A stretch of 64,000 nt of DNA from Epiperipatus broadwayi (taxonomy: Eukaryota > Animalia > Onychophora): contig JAQFVV010000003.1 of the NCBI GenBank assembly GCA_028023455.1, forward strand, positions 13,578,001 to 13,642,000. The letters are read 5' to 3'. Each line of letters begins with the position of its first letter. Positions within the stretch are counted from its first letter, which is position 1. Below are positions 25,936-36,981 of this stretch, in pieces. Under the pieces are notes generated by a model. That model saw nothing but the letters and a program-made list of their open reading frames with translations, did no database searches and had not been told where the DNA came from. The translations under genes and the position numbers were made by a program.

Positions 25936-26269
25936 ACTATTGCTGAATTATTATTACATACTTTTTATTGATTTGACTTTGAAAATGAGGCTGTAAAGAT
26001 GAACTGTTAATATAAATCCAGAACAAAAAAAGAAAACAAAGATAAAAAAACAAAAAAAGATTGAAATCAGAATTATTGCACATGCTATTAAACACACTCT
26101 ACGCAGATACACTTAATATTTCACAATAAAGCTCTTTATACATATATACATAACCACTAAATACTTATTTAAAATCAAGCAGTAAAGATATATGTTAAAT
26201 TTACTAATTATCTAATTTAACATTAAAGAATTAAATATGTGATGAGCTATGGTTTCTCCTTTATCACAG

Positions 26270-29200
26270 ACAGGAATCTCTCAAACACTATGTCCAGAAA
26301 AACCTGTTTACCACCTTCCCTTCCTTTTCCATTCCCCTAAGCTTTTCCCATACTCTTCTCTATCCTGCTCCATCCCATTTCCACAATATTATCTTTGTTC
26401 AGTCTATGGCCTTTATATCTAGATCTTCCTCACCTTTAGTCAAACCCAGCATAAAATCCAAGAACCCACTTTCTGAATAATTACTTTGTTATACTTATTC
26501 TCCAACAACTCCATTATTTGTACTCTTCTTGCTCGTAAGCATTTATATTCAATTAATAGATGCCTAATATTTTCCATGAACTTTCTTACATAACTTGTAG
26601 ACTAAATCACCCACATTTCTCCATTTATGTGTATATTCTCTTATTGCTAATAATATTGTTTGAGCCTTAAACAGTAAATGACTTTCCTTGCTATTCTCAT
26701 AAATTAACTCCCATCCAACATTCTGTTTACTTCTATATATATTTAAACTCTTTTTACTCTCCATACTAGTTCTACATTTCTCCAACTTCTATTTCTTTAT
26801 TAATGATTATATTCTTTTATCCACTATAGCACTCAACAATTCTCCTATCACAATCATCCCACCTTTTGTATAAGTATACTGATTTGAAAGTTTTTATCTG
26901 AATCTTCCACATACTGTACTACCTTTCTTATCTATTTTGGCTATTTTCCTATTATCCATAAATTAAAATCTACCGAACATTTTCATTTTGCATTTCTTAT
27001 AAAAAAACTTGACTATCCCATTTCTCATTGAAATTGCCTCCCCTGCCTTTCAAACATCTGCATCTAATGCATGTCTTCCTACTTCTCTTTATGCTTTTTC
27101 TAAGTAAACTAACACCACTTTACTAACACATCATTACCATAAATAAAACCTTCTACCGCCACTACCTTCCATGCTACACTATACTTATTATATGAAAACA
27201 CTGTTCATTTATTTATCAATCCTTTTCTCTTCTTTGCTTCATTTATCAATTTTTTCTCCCACTCATCCAAGCAATTTCTTTCCCCAGTCTTTATCATCAT
27301 TACTTTTGATTTTTCTTCACTAAATTTAATCTCTATCTCTTTATCCACTGTCATGTACGTCTTCAACATAACTTCCATATCTTCCCTACTTTCTATGCAC
27401 AAGAAGATATCAAATAAAAGACATGATAATAAATACACTCCATGGCCATCTATTAATGGTATCTATATCCCTCTTTCTAGTCTTTCTATTGCTCTCTCCA
27501 TTTCTCTCAAATATAACAAAAACAAAATAGATAACATAGGGCATCCTTGCCTTAGTCCCACCGCACTTTTTTTTAAGTGATTATATTTACTAATTAGCAT
27601 GCACAGTAATTATTTTCATACAATCTCTTAATAAGATCCACTAAAGCTCCATTCATTCCCAAATTTACTAAACTTACCCATAATCTATTTCTATTTACTC
27701 TATCGTATCATTCTCTATATCTTTAAAAACCATATATAACTACCTATATGTATTCCTACTCATATCTATAAGTTGTGTGACTACAAATAAATTATCTATA
27801 AAACCATATATAACTATCTACCTGTATTCCTACTCATATCTATAAGTTATGTGACTACAAATAATCTATATGCCTATCCAACTGAAAACCTCCTTACATT
27901 TCTCCCACTATATTGTTTACTTCCATCCCTTTGCGCCCTTCCAACTACCATATATGAAAAACTTCATATAACACTGATGTTACTATTACCGGTCTATAAT
28001 TGTCTAACTTTTTATGATTCTTACTTTCCTTTAAATAGTAGCCTTACTCTTGTATTATTCCAGCTATCTGAAAATTCTCTCTTCTGTGCCATCTTATTAA
28101 AACATGATAGTAGATTTAATTTTGTCATATTTCCTAAATTCATTACCATCTCTGCTGCTCATCAATTTAAACCTCTTGCCTTTCCACTTTTCAATTTCTT
28201 CCCTGCCTCATTCAATTCATTTTATGTAAATCTAATATTCCCATTACTATATGCTTTTATGCTTGTTATCACTCCTCCTTCACATCTAACATCATTTCTA
28301 TAGCCATTACATGCTTATTCAAGATTGTCTCTAATTCTTCTCTAGAGCTACACCCTTTTTCCTCATAATCTAGTAATACTATTTCTCTCTCTCTTACATT
28401 CCTTCTTTTAATATATTTCCAAATTTTTTTACTCCATCTCTTCCACTTTTATTAATATCCTCCAATAATTTACTATTTCATTTCATTCTCTTTCTATAAT
28501 TATCGATTTTAGCCAACTTCTTTTTTTAAAATACTTTTCCCATTTAATATTAACATCTTTTTCACTTTCTCTGTTTTTAATACATTTTTATTCGCTCCAT
28601 ACTTTTTTTTTCTCTTATTAATTCTCACTTTTTTATTATTTTTATTCTTCTGAATATTCTCATCTAAAACCCTATTTGCCATTTTTTCTACTTCACCATA
28701 CCAGTCCTTCTATTCATCCCCAACAAATTCTTCCATGATTTCTTCTACTTTTATTTTATATTGTTCTAACTTATTTTTATTATTCATTCTCTATCCACAT
28801 CTTTCACTATTATTTCTACTTTTATTACTAATTTCCATTACATTACTAACCATTTCTATTATAAAGAAATTATGATCACTATTACATACTATCTCTTCAT
28901 TATCAAACACTTTCATTTTCTGTACTTTATTCATTTTCCTCTTTTTCTACTAATATATAAGGTATTGTGTGAAATATATTATTTCTAGACCATGTGTACT
29001 CTCCCTCATAAATATGTGATAAATTTCCAATGCTCAAATTTACTCTCTGATAAAAATTCTTCAAAAGCTGTCCATTCTTGTTATCAATGTCATCAATTTC
29101 TTGAATATGCCCATTCATATTCCCTATAATCACTATTTTCTTCCCCCCTTTTTTTGAAAATCTGTATATCCTTAATTAGGCATTCATATATACTCCTATT

Positions 29201-29440
29201 CCACTCCATTATAGTTTGATTATCTCCCATCAACATATACATTATAGCCACCAGCCATTCTTGTCTTCTTAACTCTATAACTTCATCATGAACTGAAGAG
29301 TTAACTGCTATCACTACCTTTATTGTTATAATCAGAGCAGTAAATGTAACTTCTAGTGTCTCAGTTAGATGTTCTTTTATGTGGTTAATATGTCATCTCA
29401 CTACTCTATTATTCTTTAGTTTTTTTCTCTCACGTTTGTA
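26270..29440 (-). mobile_element. LINE ORF2 remnant, copy 2 of the same family, including the AP endonuclease region
   Basis: Parallel to copy 1 (LIYENSKESHLLFKA, EIKFSEEKSK, LDEWEKKLINEAKK). Endonuclease piece IIGNMNGH...YTWSRN. 3' motif GACAGGAATCTCTCA (plus strand) is shared with copy 1. Internal ~65-bp duplication at 27726-27790 and 27800-27864. Confidence 0.9.
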
Positions 29441-29479
29441 CAGACACTATTTTGTTATTTCTCCTGTAGTCATTTTTTC

Positions 29480-31560
29480 TTTGGTATATCCTTTATCCAA
29501 AATGTCTTGTTTAATTTAAATTTGATGTTTTCAAAATTTACATCTCTTCTTTAGACTTTATCTGTTATTATCACAGACATATGCATCCTTGTGCAGCACT
29601 TCAGTAATAATTCTGCTGGGGTTTCCTTGTAATGCAATTGGGCACTTCATGAATATCAGCACACTGCCTTTTATTTAGAGTATTCTTCAACTGTTAGACT
29701 GCCTTTTCTACAATTCTGTTTAAATGAGGGTGATATAATGGTGTAAGTACATACCATATCCCTTTTGGAACATGGAAGAGCATGGTCTGGTTTGTTACAA
29801 TAATCTCAGGGTGTGCGAAAAAAGTTCATTTAAGACTTTTAATACCCTCTACAGCTATCAAAAAAAAATAAAAAAATAAGTGGAATAGCCCGGTATGTCA
29901 TAAATATATTCTTTCCCACCTTCTTATGGCCTCAGATCAAAAATGGAATTTTTTAGCCAGAAAACTTGCTGCTTGTTGGAAAACTTGACATTTTCTGACA
30001 GTTTGTTGAATATCACTATTTAAATCCAGCCACCAATCCTATAAATGTGTTAATTTCTTCATTTATATTACCCTGGGGTGTTCCTGGTGTAATAACTGTA
30101 AAACATAATTCTTCCCCTTGAGTGGAATCATTACTCGGTCTGTCATTAATATGCATTCATAAGACATTGATAAACTTTCCCGAGTATTCCAAATTGTTGA
30201 TATTACATACTTTGGTTGTTTCTTGTGTCATTCATTTTTAATCCAATTTATAATCAACTTACAGTCCTTATCATTTTTAGTTCATTCTGCTAATATTTTG
30301 CCATTAATTATTTTGGTCTTTAACATTTCTATATAATTTACTTCAATAACACAAGACTTGAGATTGCTTTTATCAGGAGCTCCGAAAAGGGTGCTAGCAT
30401 ATTTTACCTTACTATCCAGAGGCTTAAACCAACTGCATCTTAATAATGTGTTATTGTTTCTCATAATTACCTATAATAGTAAATTTCTATTATGACTATT
30501 TACCATTAGACTGATACAACTCCATTAATATTTATGTTGTTTCCATTTAGATCTGTTGCTAAATTAATTTTCTTCATCTGATGTTAACATTTGATCTTTT
30601 GCAAATAGCTATGCATTCTTTAAGTGATATTAATGATATGCCCACCTCAATGTCTATTTCCATTTTTATCATTTGTCCACAGACTTTTACTTCTAGTATA
30701 TTTGGTGTATCATCACTTGGCCTCACATTCATAATCTTTGTCACTCCTCACCTCAAGTTACTATTTGATGGTAAATCTTTTTTTGACATTTGATAATTAT
30801 TTTTGCAAAGCTTTGACAAATGATCTGTCAGGCACATTTAAAATACTTTAACGCTTTAAATTTACACTTTGTTTTTGCATAGTCTCTCTTCCCGCAACAA
30901 TAACAGATATAAAAGGTCTGTAGCAAATTCCTTTGTGTTTCTTAAGACTTTGCTGCAGTTACTTGTATATTTGAAGTGGCTATCTCTGTTGTATTTTTAA
31001 ATGTTTGCATGTGGTTTAGCATGATTTCATGTGCTTTCCTACATTCAATGACAGCATTGTAAGTTAGTGTAAATTCATTTAAAAGCATCTACCAAAACTT
31101 CACACTCTTCATGCACCATAAATATTTCTTCATTATAGTCTTTAAACTCACATTCCTTCACTAAAGTTTGTTGTGTTAAATCATATTTATTTATGCTTTC
31201 ATCTTGTGATTACATTCTCCCATGAAAACGAAAACATGCTGTATATTTCGATGTTATAGGCTTAAAGTAGGCATTTAATTTCATTAACAATTCCTTGCAG
31301 AGGATTTCTTCTGATGGTTTTGGATTATATAAATGGTTTGCTAATTGCAGGACATCCTGATATCCATAACAGAGTGGCTACTTTCAACATGTTATCAGTA
31401 ACTCCTTTTATAATTATGTATTTCTCAATACATATATCTGGCATTGTCCCAGGTTATTCACATCAAAAGATATAGATAATGATTATTGCTCCACTTAATA
31501 TTCACACAATTCTTTATATAGGTTATCAAAATTGTTCTACTTTTTCTATGTATAGGACCA
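29480..31560 (-). mobile_element. Ty3/Gypsy LTR-retrotransposon remnant: gag, protease and integrase; RT/RNase H missing
   Basis: Gag: YNPKPSEEILCKELLMKLNAYFKP...CFRFHGRM*SQDESI. Protease: LEVKVCGQMIKMEIDIEVGISLIS. Integrase Zn finger: RVMIPLKGKNYVLQLLHQEHPRVI*MKKL...WWLDLNSDIQQTVRKCQVFQ. Integrase core: FAHPEIIVTN, TPLYHPHLNRIVEKAV*QLK, ETPAELLL. LTRs not identified. Confidence 0.85.
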
Positions 31561-32446
31561 AACTATACTCTAGCAGCCGTATACTCATTCATTTTATTTT
31601 AATTGAAAACAGGCAAAAATTTTATTTAACAACTTAACGAGTTTATTCACTTATAATACTATATATGTTAGTAATAATAATTAATAGTTCAACTGGCAAC
31701 TGATTAGTTGAAATGGCAATAAATCATATTGATCACAGAACAGTTCATATATAAATAGATATATAGATGGATAGAGCTAAACTCTATCTCCATAATTTAT
31801 TAAAAGTCTTTATTTTAATAACTATTCATTTCCTTCAAGGTAATCATTTAACTTCCATATTTTCAGATGTTCGTTCATTAGCAATTCAAGTAAGCACCTG
31901 GCTGCTCATTCCTTTCTTGAGTCAGTGTAATTAGAACTGATTGAATGTCTTTTCTATTGCTATAACTGGTTTGCAATGGCACTATCAGTTTTTACGCTAC
32001 TCTTTGAGTTTCACTTTACTTTTTTCTCCTCCTCATTAGAAGTTCTGTAATCAATTTTAATACTTCTGCTAATCTGCATATTGTTAGAAATTAATGCTAT
32101 GCAAATTACAATATGTGTCTGCTTCTATTTTCTGCATATAATTTCTATATATAATTATTTCTAGAGTGATAAACACTGCCTGTAGTACTAGTTCTACACA
32201 CAACACACACAAAAAAATTAAAAATATATACACATTAATCATGTATAAATACATACAAATGCTAAATAATAATAAAAATATTACTACAGAGAACTATAAT
32301 AAATATTTCAAACATTTTTTAAATAAATAAAAAGATAAATGGTCAATGTCTATTGAATAGTCAGCAACAAAAGAATTAAATAATCTGACATGCCTACAAC
32401 TATCCAAGTAAATATATCATTTATATATATTAAAAATAATATAGGA

Positions 32447-32764
32447 TCAAACAGACCTCTGTGGAATTCCATGATTAACCAATCTAAAGTCACTAATAAC
32501 ACAATGCATTTTAATAATTTGTTTTCTGTTTTTTAGATTATTTATTAACCAGGATACAAAATTACCTTGAAAACCAAATAGATGTATAAGAATTGCATGA
32601 TGAACAGAGTTAAATGTTTTGGATAAATTCAAATAAATACCCGGTGTCTTGAAATTCTTATTCAATAATGATATTAAGTTGTATGCATGACTACAAAGAA
32701 TGTCCAAAGAAATAATAATAAAATGAACAAGAAAAAGAATGTGAGAGAAGAAATGGGAAAGCAC
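32447..32764 (-). mobile_element. L2/CR1/Jockey-group LINE RT fragment
   Basis: GIYLNLSKTFNSVHHAILI...FVSWLINNLKNRKQ...VNHGIPQRSV matches the DLSKAFD.V.H..L ... GVPQGS pattern. Confidence 0.75.
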
Positions 32765-32897
32765 AAATTAAAAATTGCTTTGTGCACATAACATATAGAA
32801 AAATTAATATTGTCTCAAATATAGCTCCCATTCAGTTAGATTAAGAACACATACTCTTCAAATACCATATACTATTGTTTTACATTGATTGATATAC

Positions 32898-33102
32898 ATT
32901 ATAATAAATAAAATTAAAAGCGTGTGAAGCATCTGAAAGAGAAGCCACCAAGATTGCAAAAAATTAAAAGCCCAGTGCCTTCGAGGTAGGCTGCCCCACA
33001 TTCACAGTGATGCCTCAAGGGTGCTGGGCTTTTAATATTTTCGCACTCTTTGTGGCTTCTCTTTCAGGCGCTTCACATGCTTTTAATTTTATTTATTATA
33101 AT
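32898..33102. mobile_element. Foldback/MITE-like palindrome (205 bp)
   Basis: The outer 24 bp (ATTATAATAAATAAAATTAAAAGC) pair perfectly. Imperfect pairing continues for about 85 bp per arm (GTGTGAAGC/GCTTCACAT, CTGAAAGAGAAGCCAC/GTGGCTTCTCTTTCAG, TTAAAAGCCCAG/CTGGGCTTTTAA). Confidence 0.8.
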
Positions 33103-35384
33103 ATTAAGAGAGAGGTTTAAAATTCTTAATGATATACATTATACAAAATGACTATTATAAATGCAAATTTTTTTTCAAGCTTTTATGAAGAACAATTATC
33201 TTTCAATAAATATATAAATGATTATTAAAATCTTTTATTATATTAGAAATACTTAACTTTAGATATAGACTTTAAATTTAACATGTCCAATGTGGACTTC
33301 TATTTTCTTTATTTTGATTTTTTTCTCAATAATATATATCATTTCAATAATGTATATATTTTTTTTAGAAATAATAAAAAATATTATTTCAACATTACTA
33401 CTAAAAAAAAACATATATATAAATAAAGAAAATGCTATGAATGCATGGTTTCCATCTTAACCAGCAGACCAATCATGAATATGATTTGAAAACGTCTAAA
33501 GTATACTTAATACACTAAATAATGTTAAAATTTTATATTTAAACTCTGCATGAACATTATTTTACATCAGAAACATATGTATATTATTTATTTATTAAAC
33601 ATTATATAAAAATTTTAAATAAGAAGATATAAAAATTTCTTTTCTAGATTCTGTTGCATATTAGACCCATAATTATATTCATTGAAATTAGTTTTTATGT
33701 AAATATTTATTAATGCTATCATGTAAATGCATTTTTTTTGATGCAATACAAAAGGTTCTATCTATTTACCATAACTATAACAATAATTATTAGATGCCAA
33801 TTAATTCACAAACTTCAATTAGTTGTAGTAAGAATGGAGCATCTTAAAGTGTCTTGGTATCACAGTCAACACCGCAGTATTACCATGATCTATCTCATGA
33901 AGCACAAAGAAAATATTAATACAGTTCAAATATATATATATAACATTCTTTAATATACTTGTATAATACTATCTGTTTTTTAATTTTGTACCCCTTTCTA
34001 CTCATTCACTATAACCTTACTCATAATTAATGATTATTCTTATAATTAAAACTTGTAGCAGAGAACATTGAAAAAAAAAGACTATTGGTTACTAAGATGC
34101 ATTTAAATCAAGTAGGTCTCTACAATAAATGTATGATTCAATATCTTCATTAATATTTTATTGTTCAATTTAATATAAATATACAACTTCCCTTTTTCAT
34201 TTGCATTTTTAAAACAATTTTCTTTTGTTCTGTTTTGAGTGAACTTGCAGTTTTCATTAGTGATGTTTATATTTTACATAAGGGAACTTAAAGTCGATTT
34301 CTGATAAAAGATACAGATTTATTAAAAATAATAAAACTGCTTAATTTAAAAAATGCAACAGAAGCGGCAACAACAACAATAATAAAAATAACGATGATGG
34401 TAATAATGATAATAATACAATTTATAAATAATTCATGCACATTAAATAGAAACAAAAATGCATTTAGATAGGTATAAATAAAGTTTAAAGTTTTCTAAAC
34501 ACATTTAACAATTCAAATAGATGATAGAAATAGATTAATATATAACTACAAGTAAAAGGTCACCATCACAAACTTTCAGATATAAGGAATTATTTGAACT
34601 TTACTAAAGTGAAATGCTTATAAATAATGTCTAACTTAGTAAAGAATAATTAACAATCATTTATGGATTGTTTTAAATAACTTTTTGTTAAGAAATACAA
34701 TCAGAACTATGGATTTTAAGTTCACTCCTAAGCAAATGGTCTAATTTTAGTTGGATTTTGGTCTCTAATATTATAAATTCACATTTATTTAGGAATCTGC
34801 TTAAAATCTGCAGTTCTGAATAGTTACATACTCTTGACAGATTATTATTCATTACACAGATATATATATATAAATGCACACAGTTATATTTATGTGAAGT
34901 GAACCAATAGATACTATTATCTTCCAAAAGGCATGCCTTATACAATTTTCTTTGAGCCAATTTTTTGCTTTATTTTTCAAACACTTATAACTAACTGTCT
35001 TACTTTGTATTATTAATCAACTTCTTTCTTCTCCTACCATTTTCCCTCTTACTGTCCATGATTCATCCATCTACCACATATTTCATTTCTTCAATCCAAT
35101 TTCTCTTCAGATTCATAATTTCCTCAATAAATAATCTTTTTTAATATACTCGTCTTCAACATTTCTAATCCCAATCATCACCTTATCTATATCATTCACT
35201 TCCAACCCATATTTCAAAAACTTAAAAACCTCTTTCTTAATATCCGAGTTTCTGTTCCGTATTTAAGGATCAAATTATATAAAATAATTATTAAGAATGA
35301 TAGACATATATACACAAACAAATATTGCCTTACTTATATGAGTATAAGAAATAAATGTCTATTGCATACAATTCTTTTAAAAAT

Positions 35385-35914
35385 AAGCCTTCTGGCATCC
35401 ATTGATTACTTTAGCTTGCTGTGTGTGGCAATACGTATAGTGAGTTTTGCATGTTTTAACAACAATTATAAGCAAACATAAGAAATGGTGATCATGTGAT
35501 GTTTATTGGCTTAAAACCAATTCTGCCTAATAGAATAGTGGTGGCTATGGTTATTAAAAAAGCAAAGACACCAAAATATATAGGTACTGAACTGAATTCA
35601 GACCTATATGATTATATAGGCTGATGAGCTTGGATTGAAAATATTAAGGTGTTTTCAATTTAATACTCATAGTTTTGTAGTTAAGTATAGATAAAGAATA
35701 GCTGCTGGAGAATTGCATTAGATCCTAAGATCTAGGTGCAGTGCTCTCAGATCCAAGGCTCCTCACTGATGAAGGCCACTAGCCAGAAACTAGACTGGGG
35801 ATGTTGGATAAGTAGGCACTAGATGTGGATTTTAAGAACAAGCCTTCTGGCATCCATTGATTACTCTAGCTTGCTGTGTGTGGCAATACGTATAGTGAGT
35901 TTTGCCTGTTTTAA
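35385..35914 (+). mobile_element. Retrozyme-like / Penelope-dependent non-autonomous element with 75-bp terminal direct repeats
   Basis: Repeats at 35385-35459 and 35840-35914 (offset 455). TTTTAAAAATAAG occurs at both junctions (35375-35387, 35909-35921). A hammerhead motif lies just before the 3' repeat. Confidence 0.65.
35751..35809 (+). ncRNA. Degenerate minimal type I hammerhead ribozyme
   Basis: ATCCAA-GGC-TCCTCA-CTGATGA-AGGC-CACTA-GCCA-GAAA-CTAGAC-TGGGGA-TG-TTGGAT. Conserved CUGAUGA (35766-72) and GAAA (35786-89) cores, short stem II, bipartite stem I. GAAACTAGAC is one change from GAAACTAGTC (palindromic loop III, GUC cleavage triplet). Confidence 0.7.
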
Positions 35915-36103
35915 AAATAAGTTCAGACACACATTTCAATTCTGTACAGTCATAAGTAAATATACGCAACAAGAATAATATATGACTTTCTCATGTAGTT
36001 TACATAAAAAAAAAGTCTTAAAAACACTGATTAGTTCCATTAATTTGATTACTACACATACAATACTTATTTTGATCACTATTTCTTATGCTTGCTCTTA
36101 ACT

Positions 36104-36263
36104 GTTATTAAAACAGGCAAAACTCTCTATACATATTGCCACTCAGTGCAAGCCAGATTAATCAATGGATGCCAGAATTTATGCATAAACCTTTTGGCAT
36201 CCATTGATTACTCTGGCTTGCACTGAGTGGCAATACGTAGAAAGTTTTGCCTGTGTTAATAAC
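36104..36263. repeat. Inverted pair (hairpin) of the same ~70-bp terminal unit
   Basis: 36104-36176 is the imperfect reverse complement of 36193-36263. Both are diverged versions of the TGGCATCCATTGATTAC...GGCAATACGTA...AGTTTTGCCTG unit. Confidence 0.85.
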
Positions 36264-36579
36264 TTATTTTGAGATAGTAACTAAGCCAGGAGATAACTTT
36301 CAATTCCCTAACAACTTGAAATGACAGGTTTTACAATATGTAGACATAATGAACCTTTAAAATAATGACAAATGAAAGATCTATTAATCTTAAAAATGTA
36401 ATGCATTTTGGATTAATCATTTGAAATCTGAGCTCAAAGCATGATCATTGTTTATTTAAAAATATCAGAAAACAATAAGGTAAACAGAAAAGGTGAGCCA
36501 AAAGCAGTAAAACAGTCAACAATTTTTCTGGGTACCATATATCTTTTTTGAGTAAATTTCATTGTTCATAACTTTTATA

Positions 36580-36981
36580 TTTAATATATAGAGTATATGA
36601 GGACAGACTTTCACATGACTCACCACTCTCCATGCTATCTCATAACACTAATACACTTAAACACATATATGTCGAAAAGATAAATAATCACCAATATATG
36701 TATTTCATGCTAAACCAGCAATCATCAGTTGGTCCACATTACCATCTCTACACATATATGCTATAAGTGCTCAGATATATATTAAGATAGCCAATCTTCA
36801 TACTTTAATGGACAGGCTTTAAACTACTTCACACTTCAACTGTCCATTCAATTGAAAATCTGATGATGGAATGCTCAAAGGCCACCCTGAGGCCGAGATT
36901 CTTGTCACACCCATGTTGATTTAAGGTCAATCTGACCCCTCATGTACAGGACATAATCCATTTAATACATATAAAAGGGAT
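36580..36981 (+). repeat. Unclassified interspersed repeat, copy A
   Basis: Shares CAGACTTTCACA, AAAAGATAAATAATCACCAATATA, ACCAGCA(A/C)TC(A/G)TCAGTTGGTC and AAAATCTGATGATGGAATGCT with 50618-51036 (minus), 54271-54542 and 20161-20220. Confidence 0.8.

Noticed and set aside
27851-28303. 150-aa plus-strand ORF
   Set aside because: Antisense shadow of the minus-strand LINE ORF2.
30065-30110. Apparent RT motif GTPQG on the minus strand
   Set aside because: Wrong frame; another frame gives a much longer match to the Gypsy integrase zinc finger (LLHQEHPRV).
35631-35660. Second CTGATGA...GAAA hammerhead candidate
   Set aside because: No stem II or stem I pairing and no cleavage triplet.
36858-36910. 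CTGATGA...GGCC...GGCCGAGA hammerhead-like string in the unclassified repeat family
   Set aside because: Spacing is wrong, GAAA is absent, and the putative stem is not conserved in the 50.7-kb copy.
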